A DNA stretch of 64,000 bases. Origin: Blastocladiella emersonii ATCC 22665 (Eukaryota; Fungi; Blastocladiomycota). The notes beneath the pieces were generated by a model. That model worked only from the letters and a program-made list of their open reading frames with translations, had not been told where the DNA came from and ran no database searches. Where the stretch lies: the NCBI GenBank assembly GCA_025594325.1, contig JANHCV010000004.1, positions 310,001 through 374,000 of the forward strand. The letters are read 5' to 3'. This document shows, piece by piece, positions 41,356 through 53,324 of this stretch (the first letter of the stretch is position 1; the number at the start of each line of letters is the position of its first letter). Both the position numbers and the translations under genes were made by a program.

Positions 41356-44300
41356 ATGCCGCCCGTCTCGCTGACCAATGCGCTGCAGCAGGTGACGCGG
41401 TCGCCGCGCCGCGGGTCCAAGGGGTCCGTCCGTTTCTGGGACGGCCGGCCGTCATGATCGCGGCTCACGCTCGTACCGAATGAATGGGTAGGTCCGTGCT
41501 CGAGTCGCCCCGGCCACCGCCCCCGCCGCCGCCCAGCCTCAGTCCCGAGCGTGTCGCCAAGCTCGAGATCGACCGCCGCACGTTGCTCCGGTTCATCCTC
41601 ACGCGTGCCCTGGCCGAGGGCAAGGTCCGCTTGCCACCCGACGCGACGCTCGAAGAGTACGTTGACAACCACCGTCGCTACTGTGCCAGCGCACGAAAAC
41701 TCACGATACGCGCGAGTATAGTGTTGACTGGCCGCGCGTCGATGCCTCCTTCACCGTCGACTGCCTCAACCACGGCAAGGACGTGATCATCCCGCTAGCC
41801 TGGCTCGTGCGTCCCGCCGAGCCGCGCGAGTGTGCCGGCCCCGACGACGACGCGTTCGGCTCGCTGCGCGGCGCGCGCCTCTCCGAGAGCCCCGTGCGCG
41901 GCCGCGGCTCGTCCACGCGGTCCTCGGCGGCGCCCCTCGCCAAACTCACCAAGTCGTCGAGCATCCGGTCCATGCTCTCGACCGCCGGTGGCGCATCGAG
42001 TGGCCCGCTCCCGCCCGCGTCCGGGCCACCGCCGCTGCCCCCGCGCTCGCGCAGCGGGAGCCGCGCCCTCGAGAGCGCCGGCGCCACGGCGACCGATATC
42101 TCGCACGTCCTGTCCGTCACCTCGACGTCGCGCGTGTCGCCGCACCCGCCGACGCTCGAGCTCGCCGCGCTCTCGGACCCGATCAACGGGTCCGCCGGGT
42201 CCGGCGGCGCCATGGACCTCGGGTTCGGGCTCACGCCGGATGGGTGCTGTGACCCTGAATCGGCCGTCACGGTCCAGAGCGACCCAGCCGACGAGCCCGC
42301 CGGGTACGCGCTCCGCACTTTCTGGCCCTTGGTCCGCAGCCAGCTCGCCGCGGCATCCCACGAGACCGATTGGCGGTATGCTGCCGACACGGCCGCGAGT
42401 CCATGGGCGCCCGACCACGCGCTCGCCGCGTACGAGCTCGCCTCGTTTCTCGTCGTCGACGCGCCGGCGGCGACGCAGGACGTCCTGGTCAGCCACGTCC
42501 GCGTCGAGCTCGAGGTCAGCATGCGGAAACACCACGCCGCCCGTGCCGCGCTCGCGGCCATCTCCCAGGAAAACTGGGTTTCCCCGGCCACGTTCCGCCT
42601 CGCGCTCCTCTTCGCCGACCAGGCGTCGCCCGACCTCGCGCTCGGCGGCGACGACGCCCCGGCGTGGCGCGCGAGGCAGGCGGCGGCGCTGCTCGACTCG
42701 GTCAAGTGGTCGCTCCCCGCCTCGCCTGTGCCACCGCCCGAGTGGACTGCGTTTGCGGCTGCCGTGGCCGAGGGGCGGTACACGGACGCCGTTTCGCTCC
42801 TCCCCACGCCGTCCCACCCTCCCGCCGCGAACCCCGCCCTGCTCGCGCTGCACGCGCGCCTCGTCACCGCGTGCATCGACCCTGACGCGCCGTGGCGTCT
42901 CGTCTCGTGCACCGCGGACGTGCTCGCGCGGACCGCCGCCGCCCTCGGCACCACGAAGCCGACCGACGACGCGGTCCGCGGGTTCGCCCTGTACGCGTTC
43001 ACGTACCTGCGCTCGGGCTCGCCGCGCGCGCTCGAGGCCGCGCACCAGGTCCTTGCGCGTGCACGTCGCGAGGGGGAAGCCGCGGTCGGCCTGTGGCCCG
43101 TGATCCAGGCGCATGCGCGCGCCGCGCTCGAGGACGTGCACGCGTGGCCCGCGGACCGTGCCGGTGACTTCCCGTGGGTCGCGGGCGTCCTCGCGCTCAC
43201 GTCGCTCGCCGACCCGCCGCCGCCGCCCGTCCCCGTCACGACCGCGGGGAAGCTCGCCACGGCCGTCGCGGTCGGCGCGCCGTTCCCGCCGCGCGTCCAG
43301 GCGTGGGTGCGCGACGCGGTCGCCACGTCAAAGCGCAGGCAGGAGACCAAGAACGCGATCCCGCCGCCTTCGGCGTCGCCCTTGACTCAGCAGCAGCCGG
43401 GGCAGTCCCTCGAAGCGCTCCGCACCCACGTCCAGGTGTGGCTCGCGCAGCTGCGCGTCGACACCGAGGTCCTGTGGCCGGCGATGCGCCACGTCATGCC
43501 GCCCGCCGACTGGTGGGCCGCGGTCGCCGTGGTCGCCGCCAACCACCTGACGGCGAACGTGATTGCGCGAGTCGCGCGCGGGCCACGGCCCGACATGGGC
43601 CGCGCGGTGCTCGACCTCATGGCCTCGCTCAACGACGTGGACCGCGTCCTGCGCGAGGTCCATGCCAAGGTCGCGCCGCCCGGGTGCCCGCGCATCGCGC
43701 TCCCGCTGCACGCCGCATTCGAGCCGGCGGTCCGCCACTGGCTCGGGCGCCAGCTTGCCGCGTTCCTGGGGGTTGTCGACCGCGCCGTGCTCGCCGAGAC
43801 GTGGACCGAGGCCGCGGCCGACGGCGCGTTCCACACGGACGCGGCCGTCACGGTGCTCGCGTTCGCCAACAGCTACGCGCGCGCGGTCCTCGCGCTCCCG
43901 CTGCCGTCGCTCGTCGACACGTGCGTCCCGCACCTCGTGCTCGACGTCCAGACCGCCGTCCACCACTTCCAGGAGCGGTGTGCCGGCGCCGTGAGCGGGG
44001 CTGAGAGCGTCGGCGAGCTCGCGCTCCGGCTCGGCAACCTGCTGCACGCCGAGCACGAGTGGCGTGTGCTCCGCGCGTCGATCCGGAAACGCGCCCGCGC
44101 CCTGTCGCGCGCCGCCGGGACCAAGGTCGCGCAGTTCCGCGGGTGGTCGGTCCTCGGGTCGCGGTCCCTCGTCCCCTCGCTCCTCCCGCCGCTCGCGCGC
44201 GCCGTCGCTGCCGCCATCGCGCGCGAGTTCCCGTGGCCTGGAACTTACCTCCCCGTCGCCCGCGCCGCGCCGCTCGCCGACGCCGTGGTCCCCGCGCTGT

Positions 44301-44779
44301 TGGGTGCCGCCGACGCGCTCGCGGACGTCGTCCACCCGGCCGCCCTCTCGCACGTCGCCGCCGAGCTCGCGGCCGCCGCCGTCGACGCGTTCCTCGCCAC
44401 GGTCTGGGCAAAGCCGCGTGCGTACATTGAGACCGACTACGACGACGTTCTCGAGCCGGACCTCGACGCGCTGAGGGCCGCGCTGAAACGCGTCATGGAC
44501 CTGCCGGGCGTCGACAAGGCACCGCCCCGCGTGCTCGCTGTCGCCAAGGATGCGGCGGAGCGGCTCGAGGCCGCGAGGACCGAGATGGCCGCGCTCATGC
44601 CGCTCGCGTCTCGAGATCTCGTGGCGTGGCTCGAGGATCCGCCGACGGACGAGGGCGGCGGCGGGGGCGGGCTCGCGAGCCCTGACCGGATCGCACGCGT
44701 ACTCGTGTGCCGCGTCGACGTGGTGGCCAAGGCCGCGGTCAAGAAGTTTCGGCTCGATGGAGGGCGCAAGGGGAAGTAG
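41356..44779 (+). CDS. Munc13/MUN-domain (MHD1-MHD2) protein, 3 exons
   Basis: Spliced start MPPVSLTN; alpha-helical body with LHAAFEPAVRHWL..VDRAVLAETW..FHTDAAVTV, the MHD1 pattern. Confidence 0.7.
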
Positions 44780-44863
44780 GAAGGAAGAGTACTTAGGGTG
44801 CGTTCATATTCAAAATAACAGGGTGACTGAGAACACATTCAAGTAAGCAGCGCGGTAAAGAGC

Positions 44864-46428
44864 TTACCAGTATTGATACGACGGGTCCCAATCGTACGCC
44901 ATGAAATTGCGGAGCTGTTCCGCCCGGTCTGACAAGTTCCCCCAGCGGGGAGCCAGCGCGAGCTTACCCGGTCGAGTTTGTGCGTACTCGAAGGCCAAGT
45001 GGTCAACGAAGTTGAGTTTCAGCTCCATCGATGAAGTGTACGTGCGGTTGCAACGCAGGTCCAGTACCAGGTCCGACTCCAACGGCAAGTGGTCAAAGAG
45101 AATACGCGCGTCTTCACCCGTAGTTTTACACCCCCGCAGTGCGAGATGTTTCACCGGCCGACGGCCGAGCGCGCGGAAGAGAGTCCGAAGTGGACCAGGT
45201 GTTGTGCGAATCGCCCGTTCAATGAACAAGGTATGAAAACGAGGCGGGAGGTTTCCAGCAAGCGCGGTGAGGCTCATGTCCCCAACCTCGCAGTTGCAAA
45301 GGTCGAGTGAGACGAGGGTCGCGGGCAGGTGAGCCATAAGCGCGGCAAGCTTTTGGTCGCCAAGCCGGTTGCACGACATGTCAAAGTGTCCAAGTTGGGG
45401 GGAAGGGGGGGGGGAAGTACTGCACCAGGGCCACCAGATCCACGTCTGCGCCAAGAGATGCGCGTAGTTGCAGCGAAATGAGTGATGGGGGCAGAGCGGC
45501 CACGATGTGGAAAGTTTCGACGTGGCTGAGGCGAACGTAGCATAGCGAGAACGAGGTGAGAGCCTCGATCATCCGGAGCGCCTGGGACAAGGTCGCTTTC
45601 GCGTGAAGGTTAAACTCGCAGTCGGAGATTGTCAGGCTAGTGAGAGAAGTTGCGGGGAGGCTGGCGAAGAAACGTGTTGAGCGTTCGAGTAGCATGAAAT
45701 CGTAGCCATGAAACTCGATCGTCTCCAGGTCGGCGGGAAACAGGCCGCAAAGGGCAAGCTCAAAGCGGGTCAGCCCAGGACAGTTTGTGCGAGATCGCCT
45801 TTGCTGAAGTCAACGGGCGACTGGTATTTGAGCCTGCCCAATGTACCGGAACGACCTCGGGCCGCAAGCATTCGAAAGCGAGTAATTTGAGGCTGGCAGG
45901 AAAACACAGAAACTGTACCATCGACAAGTTCATACCGCAGCATTCGAACATCATCTTGTTGACTCGGGGGGTGTGCTTGGCCAAAACAAAGTTGAGTGTC
46001 CGGATTCCGCCTAAAGTGAGACGACCTTGAATGTGTATGTCGATTTCCTACATCGACGGGAGCTGTTTGTCAAGATTTATGACGTACTCGTCCATGCGCA
46101 AGCCCGAGTCGCGCCACCAGTCCAAGGCGGCATAGTAGAATCGATCATGGAGCGGAGAATCAAAAGAGACCCCCGAGTACACCAGCGGCAAGCGGGACCA
46201 CACCCAAGTGTCGAGCAGCGCCACGTTGCCGCTCGCACTGGCTGTGTACATGGACAGGCTTGGGCAGCGCTTCAGAATGTCGCCGGTGATGATCGGGACG
46301 GCGTCTCGCTTGAGGACACGGGCGTAGCGAGCCATGCCCTGAACGTCGTCCGGGGCGTGCATTGCGACTGCCTCACAAAGGATTTGCTCCAAGATCGAGT
46401 TGGGGATAAATAGCTGTTTTCGATCCAT
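44864..46428 (-). pseudogene. Ankyrin-like (ASxxGxVxxLDWW-xSGL) plus RNI-like LRR gene, disrupted
   Basis: N-terminus MDRKQLFIPNSILEQIL..ASASGNVALLDTWVWSRLPLVY..ALDWWRDSGL, then LRR repeats (LTSLTISDC, LGHFDMSCNRLGD, LVSLDLCNCEVGD). In-frame TAG at 46048-46050, a frameshift at ~45760-45900 and another at the G-run ~45395-45415. Confidence 0.8.
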
Positions 46429-46664
46429 TGCAGCTACTTAGACTTAAAGATCCATGGAAGTGGACGAGCACTGGGAAGGAGAGAGGAGGGGAGACGGTGG
46501 TCGAAATGAGTTTGGGCGATTGGGGGAGGCGCCACAGGAGCGTCATCGGAGCTCACACTTGTGGCGCAACGCGTACGTTCCACGTCCCCATCTCCGCGGC
46601 TGCCCTACGTGCAAGCTTCGCCCGCTCATAGCTTAGTTTCCTGCGAGTTGTTGGGTCGGATTGC

Positions 46665-46930
46665 GGCCGCCAGCGACGCGGGGAAGTGCCCAAGGCCGCA
46701 AGGGCTGAGATGGCCGCGCTCGTGCCGCTCGCGCCCAAAGAACTCATCGTAAAGCTCAAGAATCCGTCCACGGACGAGGGCAATGGCGTTGACGGGCTTG
46801 TGAGTCCTGACTGGATCACCAGGGTGCACATGTGCCTCGTCGACTCAGTGGGCAAGGCGGCGGTCAAGGAGTTTCGGAATGACGGATGGCGCAAGGGGGA
46901 GTAGAAACATGTAATACACGTATATTCAAA
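46665..46930 (+). repeat. Decayed direct duplicate of the 3' end and 3' flank of the MUN-domain gene (44540-44815)
   Basis: AARAEMAALVPLAPKELIVKLKNPSTDEG..SPDWITRV..GKAAVKEFRNDGWRKGE* versus AARTEMAALMPLASRDLVAWLEDPPTDEG..SPDRIARV..AKAAVKKFRLDGGRKGK*. ATATTCAAA lies downstream in both. Confidence 0.93.
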
Positions 46931-47271
46931 GAGCAACATCTTGACTGCGCATGTGCTCTGGTTTTCAGTAACCAATCTTTCCAGCGCCACCAACCTGGCC
47001 GATCCGCTCGCCTGATCCCACAAGATCCCGCGTTCTCCTCTGTTCTCTGTTCACTTGTCTCGGTCCCACATCATAGATCAAATCAAAGATTATGGCTGAA
47101 CTAACACAACGCGAGCTGTCATGACGGATCGCCCTGCGGAACATGCCGCAAGGGCCAGTCAGCAGAGCAGAACGAAGGAAACGTTTGACTCGCGGAGCGA
47201 CAAGGCATTCATGAAAGCAATATTGGCTATGTATTCATCAAAAACGGGTTGTACACATGTCCACGCTTACT

Positions 47272-48341
47272 TTACGCGACGAGGCGCTGCTTGGCGTCGT
47301 CCGAGTCGTCGCCGGCCGTGAGGGTGCCCGCGCTGTCCTCCTCGGCGACCTGGCGCTTGAGCTCGTTGGCGGCGCGCGCCTGCTTCTTGGAGTACCACAT
47401 GAGGCCGGGGATGACCATGAGCCAGTACGCAAAGTAGGCGACCGTGGTGAGGATGGTGCCGCTGCTGCGCCAGCCGAACAGCGCGCCCATGATCTGGAAG
47501 AAGATGTTGCCCGTCTTCTGCGAGAAGGTCTTGTCCTTGATGCTGAACACCTTGGCCGTCTCGCCCAGCAGCTCCTCGACCTCGTGCAGGCCGCCCATGA
47601 ACAGGCCCGCGCCGATGAACAGGAGGAAAATCATGGACGTCCACGTGAAGTACTTGAGCACCATACGCTGGCCGCCCTTGTACACGAGCAGGCCGATGGC
47701 GCAACCCGTGATGGTGCCCGCGATGGCGGGGAGGATGATGGCCGTGGCCGAGGACGACGACGAGGTGCCGCCGAGCAGGACGAGCGTCTCGAGGCCCTCG
47801 CGCAGGATGACCGTGAAGGGCAGGAGCATCAGGCCCCACTTGTTCTCGTCGACGGCGTCCAGGGCCTCCTGCGCGGCGGCGCGGAGCTTGCGCGTCCACT
47901 TGATCTGCATCACGTCGACCTTGAGCATCGTGAACGCCATGCCCGTGATGAGCAGGCACGCCAGCAGCTTGAACACGGCCTCGAAGATGAGCTCGAACTC
48001 CTCGGTTCCCCAGATGTCGACCTTGGCGGCCTGGAACAGGATGATGAACAGGACGGCGAGACCAATGGACACGGCGAGGCCAGCGACCGACCCGATCCAC
48101 ACCTGGCGCAGCATCTTCTTGCGCACCGGCTCGTTGTCAGCGACGATGCGGTTGATGAACGTCACGAGGACCGCGATGATGACCGCCATCTCGAGCACCT
48201 CGCGGGTCTACGGTCGCGGGAGTGGCGAGCGTTAGTCACGCTAGCGCGTCGTCATGGGTTGCAAAGGCCGCTACGTACGAAGATGAAGTAGGCCGGTACA
48301 TCGAACACCGTGTTCTTTGGCGCGTCGTTCGAGGAAGACAT
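47272..48341 (-). CDS. FTR1: High-affinity iron permease, FTR1 family, 2 exons
   Basis: MSSSNDAPKNTVFDVPAYFIF / TREVLEMAVII (REXXE motif 1), VILREGLETLV (motif 2), several TM helices, GNIFFQIMGALFGW. Confidence 0.93.
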
Positions 48342-48737
48342 GGTGGGGCGGGGGCAAGTGATGCGAGTGTAGCTTCCGATGTGAGAGAATCAGCTCGACC
48401 GGGGGGAGGCTCTTGCCTTTTATACCCTCAAAGCTGCGGCCTCGGCGTAAGCGTACTCTAGCGCGCAACCGAGGAGCGGGGATTCGGTCCCTGCCAAACG
48501 GAACTGATATGGAAGGCTTCGAGGCGTGTTCCAGCAGGCGGCGTTTCTCCCCGATCACGTCGATTGGGCGTCGGCTTGTGCGCCTCTACTCTCACCGCAC
48601 GGCTATCGGTCCAGCATCAGCAAATTTCCGCATTTCCCATTCACACACGCGCTCGCAGTCTCACGCGCGACGCGTCGTTTCATCACGATCGGCGCCGCCT
48701 CGATCGCGCGCGGCGCCTCCTGCGGCGGCGGTGCGGA

Positions 48738-51297
48738 TCAGCCGGGCGAGGGGAGGACCGTAACGAGGTCCGCGACGTCGCCGTCGAGCGTCCAGATGCG
48801 CAGCTCGCCGACGCCGCACGGCGTTTTGGCCCTGGCGGCGGCGGCGCGCTGCTCGGCAAGCTGCTCGGCCATGCGCGGGTACGCCGACGACAGCGTGGCC
48901 GAGAAGGCGACGACGCCGACGGTCCACCCGCGGCGCAGCGCGCGCGCCACCTGGACCACGAACCCGGCCGTGTGCTCGGCGGGCTTCCCGTCGCCCGTCA
49001 GTACGACCATGACGCCGTGCGCGTGGTCGAGCAGCGACTCGCTCATGTGGTACTGCAGCAGCTCGTCGACAAACTGCTCCTTGGACGCACCGCCGCCGCC
49101 GTTGGGGTTGACGGGCGACGGCGCCGACAGCGAGGAGCCCGAGGTGCGCCGTTGGCGCGGGGTCGGCGCGCCCACCGGGACCGCTAGGGCCCCGTCCCCG
49201 CCCTTGCGGTGCTGCTGGCGCCGGTGCCGCGCGTGCGGCGACGCCTCGTCGTCGTTGGACGCGTACCCTCCCGCACCCCCGCCGTTACGGAGGTGGCGGT
49301 GCGACGGAGGCGTCTTGGGCGACGTCGCGCCGGCTGCCGTCGTGTTGGGCTTGGCGGCGACGCGGTCGAGGATGTGCACGTCGTAGTCGGGCACGAGTTC
49401 CGGGATATGCAGCGGCTGGATGAGCGGGCGCGACGCGACGAGGACGCGCTTCGCGATGACGACGGACCGGCGGGCGGCGACCGCGGGCCGCGTGAGCTCG
49501 GCGATAACCGCGTCGACAACGTCGACGAGCCGCGCGTAGTCGAGCCCGATGCGCGAGTTGGGGATCCCACGGCACAGCGAGCGCGTCGCCGTCATTTGCG
49601 CGCCGTGTAGGATGTTGGAGTGGTCGATGAAGACGTGGACCGTGGTGGGTTCCGAGGCGGACGCGAGCAGCGGGCCAGCATCGTCGTCCTCGACGCTGTC
49701 GCTATCGGGGTGCGAGTAACCGTGCAGCGGCGGCGGCGACGCGCTCAGGAGCGCCGGCATGGTCGGCACGCCGACGTCGCCGAGCAGGACCGACGGGCCG
49801 TCGAGGAGCGAGAGCGCGGGGATCTTCTTGGACCCGGTGCGCGCCGCGGTACGCGAAGAAGTCGTCGAGGATGAAGCAGTCGATCCACGGCGCGGACTGC
49901 CGGCCGATAAATCGATAAGGTCCGGGCACGACCGCGAGGTAGGCTCGCCCTTGCGCGCGAGCGGGACGAGGATACCGCGAATATCGCTCACGGCCGAGTT
50001 CTTGCGCCGCGTCGACGGCGACGTCGGCAGCACGGGCGCGGGCGCATCAGGCGCGCTCGACGGGCCCGTGAGGATGGCGGTGACGGTGCGGTTCACCTCC
50101 GTGGTGACCGACTTGCGGCGGCTGGTGGCGGCGTGCCGCACATCGAGCTGAGCGGCGGCGAGCTCGGCCTGGTGGTGCGCGCGGGGATGGCGCGGCGGGA
50201 GCGCGGCGGCATGCGTGCGCGCCGAAAGCTTGCGCTGACGCTTCTTGTGCGAGGCGGCAGTTGACGACGACGCGGCCGACTTGGTCCCGTTATCGCGGGC
50301 GGGGCCCGCGGTCGGTGAAGTAGAAGAAGTTGCCGGCGAGGATCCGCCCGAGAGCATGCGGTGCAGGTCGTCGAGCGAGGTGGCGCGGGGCATCCCGTCG
50401 TCGGGAGCCGCCGGCTCGGGCGGCGACAGGCACGGCGGCGTGACGCGCTGCAGGGCGCGGTGGAAGCGCTCCTGCTCGGCGCGGGCCTCGAGCTCGTGCG
50501 CCCAGATGGGCTCGGCGGTCGCGGACTGCGGTGGGGAGGTGGAACCGGCGGACGCGCGTGCACTGCGGGGAGAAGGCGCGTGAAGCGGCGGCGGCGGAGT
50601 CGCAGTCGACGGACGCGGCTGCGAGCCCTTGGCCTGCTTCTTGTTCTTCTTGCTCGGAGTAGGCGCGGCGGCGGAAGCAGGACGAGGCGGAGGGGGAGGA
50701 GAAGCGACTGCGGTTGGGGCAACACCAACCGTAGCCGTTTTCGCGGGCGGCTTACCGCTGTTGCCGCGCGGTTTAGGCGAGTGGGTCGGAGCGGGCGCGG
50801 TGGCGGGCTCCTGGATATGCGACGGGGTGGGGCGAGTAGGTGGGACCGTCGGCCGTGGTGCCGGCGATGGCTTCTGCTTGGTCGCGGCAGCCGACGCAGG
50901 ACGCGTCGGAGTCCGAGGCACGGGCGTCGCAGGGATGGGCGGCGGCGCGCTCAGGCCATTCACGGGCTGCTGCTGCTGCTGGTGATGGTGCTCCTGCGAC
51001 TTCTTCTTGGGCGAAGCGAGGTCCAGGTCGCTGCCGATAGCGCGACGCTGCTCGCGCAGGAGCGAGAAGACGGCGTCGAACGCGCCGAGCATGGGCACAG
51101 GGGCGGCAGGTGCAGCAGCAGGCGCGGCAGCGGCGGGCTCGGCTGACGGCGTGCCCGACCGCCTCTTGCGCGGGACAGGTTGGCGGGCGGACATGGTGCG
51201 GCGGCGGACTCACGCGAGTAGTGGGCGAGGGCGTGTAGCTGCGCGAGACAGGCGAGTGAGTCGACGTCGCGGGTTGAGCGGAGCCGCGGCGAAGCAT
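48738..51297 (-). CDS. Disordered protein with C-terminal NYN/PIN (LabA/DUF88-like) nuclease domain
   Basis: VHVFIDHSNILHG, KEQFVDELL, VVLTGDG..GFVVQVARALRRGWTVGVVAF. A short first exon MLRRGS.. spliced at GTGAGT is probable; otherwise the start is 51194. Confidence 0.8.
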
Positions 51298-51823
51298 ACG
51301 TGTGTATAGCAGTGTCTGGAACCCTATAAGCAGCGGCCGTCGAGGCCGCAGTCGCGGGTCCGAGTCGAGCAGGCGGGTGTGAGGGTGATGGTGGTGGTGG
51401 TACAGGTGCGGGGTGGTGGTCGCGGTGGCGGGGCGAGCGTTCATGGGCCAGTGTCTGGGGCCGCGCTCATTGCAGATGCATGTACATGGGCGTCCACGGC
51501 GGCGACGACGAGGGCGGGGGCAGGGGGCGGAGAACGAAGAGCGGACAGCGTGGGACGCGTTGACGCCGCGATCGTCGCGCGAGCCAACGTCACATGACGG
51601 CGGCCCGCCCGGCGAGACGCGTCGGCCGCCGTGTTCGGCGCGTGCAGCCTGAGCTCCGCAACCGCTCCTCTACGTTGCCTCAGTGCACTGCCCCTCCGGG
51701 TATGACCCGCTGCAACTCGGCTCCCATGGATCGCTCAATGAATTTCGCGGGTCAGACGATTGACGTCGCCGCGCACGCCCTGCCGCCCGTCTTCGCGTAG
51801 ACTTTCTTCACCCAACATCCACC

Positions 51824-52180
51824 ATGGCGAACGGCGGGATCGTCATTGTCCTTTTCTTTGTCGTGCTCGCCGCGAGCGCCGCCGTGTTCTACATGTGGCC
51901 CAAGGGGCACGACCGCAAGTGCGTTCGCTTCGCGTGTCGCAGCGCTCGGTGCCAGCGGCTGACCGCTCGCTCTCTTACCGTGTAGCTTGGTGACGACCTC
52001 GATTGTCCTGACGCTGGTCTGCGTGTACCTCATGTACGGATCTCCCCGGAACCTGCTGTGCGAGCTCTCCCACCCTCACTGACACTCGACGCGCGCAGGT
52101 GGGCCATCACGTACATGGCGCAGCTCAACCCGATCATCGTGCCCAAGCGCCCCATCACGTCGCACGAAGGCGGCCACTGA
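51824..52180 (+). CDS. VMA9: V-ATPase V0 subunit e, 3 exons
   Basis: MANGGIVIVLFF..WPKGHDR / LVTTSIVLTLVCVYLM / WAITYMAQLNPIIVP, the subunit-e signature. Confidence 0.9.
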
Positions 52181-52358
52181 TGCTGTCGACGCGTCGAGCG
52201 GCCGCGCTGGCCCGACCCTACCACCCTTACCCCCCTGCTCGTTTGATACACTTCCTTACCAGTTCGTTGATACTGCCCGAGCGAGAGCACCGATGCGCAA
52301 GTACCATCCATCCATTCAGGCCCATCTCCGTCCGTCACAATACTACCCGAGTCGCCGC

Positions 52359-53060
52359 CTACAGCTTGGCCTTGCCCTTGCGCTGCTCGTACATGCGGAG
52401 GTACGAGAGCGTCTTCTCGACGCCGCCGGCCTTACGGAACACCTCCTCGAGCGCCATGGCCACGACCAGGTCGCCCGCCACGCGCACCTTGCCGCTCGAG
52501 ATCGCCTTGTACGTGTTGAGCCCGCCCGAGAAGAAGTTGAACAGGTCGCGCTGGTCAATGTCGATGAGCACCACGGGGAGCTTGCCCGGCTGTCCCGACG
52601 CCACCTTGCTACCGGACGCGTCACCGCTGCCCGGGCTCCCACCGCCAGACGCCGGGTTGGCAGCCGACGACAGCGAGAGCGGGTTGGTGGCGAGCAGACC
52701 GAGCTCGGCCGAGACCGCGGCGGCGGTGGCGGCCGCGACGCTGCCCTCGGCGATCCCGCCGTCGTGCGCGCGGTGCGGCAGCGGCAGCTGCGGCATGACC
52801 GTCGACACGAGCGGCGCGTGCTCCTGGCCGCGGAACAGCAGGTACCACTCGCCCTTGCGCACCCCGCGCCGCGTCACCTTGACGCAGAACAGCGCCGTCA
52901 GGTTGCCGACCAGCCGCGGGTTCGCCGCCAGCTCGCGCTCGAGCTCCGTGAACAGCGTCGTCGCCAGCGACAGGTCGCCGTTGCTCGACGAGGCGGAAGT
53001 GGGCGACGGGCCAGTGCGCCGGGCCGACTTGGTCGGGAGGTTGCTGCCGTGGGCCGACAT
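52359..53060 (-). CDS. SCP2 sterol-binding-domain protein with PTS1 (AKL)
   Basis: GEWYLLF..VLIDIDQRDLFNFFSGGLNTYKAISSGKVRVAGDLVVAMALEEVF is the SCP2 signature; the protein ends AKL*. Confidence 0.88.
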   Translation of the reverse strand: MSAHGSNLPTKSARRTGPSPTSASSSNGDLSLATTLFTELERELAANPRLVGNLTALFCVKVTRRGVRKGEWYLLFRGQEHAPLVSTVMPQLPLPHRAHDGGIAEGSVAAATAAAVSAELGLLATNPLSLSSAANPASGGGSPGSGDASGSKVASGQPGKLPVVLIDIDQRDLFNFFSGGLNTYKAISSGKVRVAGDLVVAMALEEVFRKAGGVEKTLSYLRMYEQRKGKAKL

Positions 53061-53324
53061 GGTGCGTGTGTGCGTGTGCGTGCTACGTGGGGAGTGCGAT
53101 GCGTTGCAGCGACCGGTGCGATTCGATGCCGAGAGGGAGAGGGGGCGGAGGCGACGGCGAACTCGAAGTGGCGGCGCGCGCTCGCCGCTTTCACGCGTCC
53201 CCCAACGCGTCCCACCTCACGTGCGACCGCTCTCGACCGCGCTTCCCTCTCCAGCAGCAGCGAGTGCAAGAATGGAGAAAATGTACAAATGGGGCATCAT
53301 CATCATCATCACGGACACGATCGT

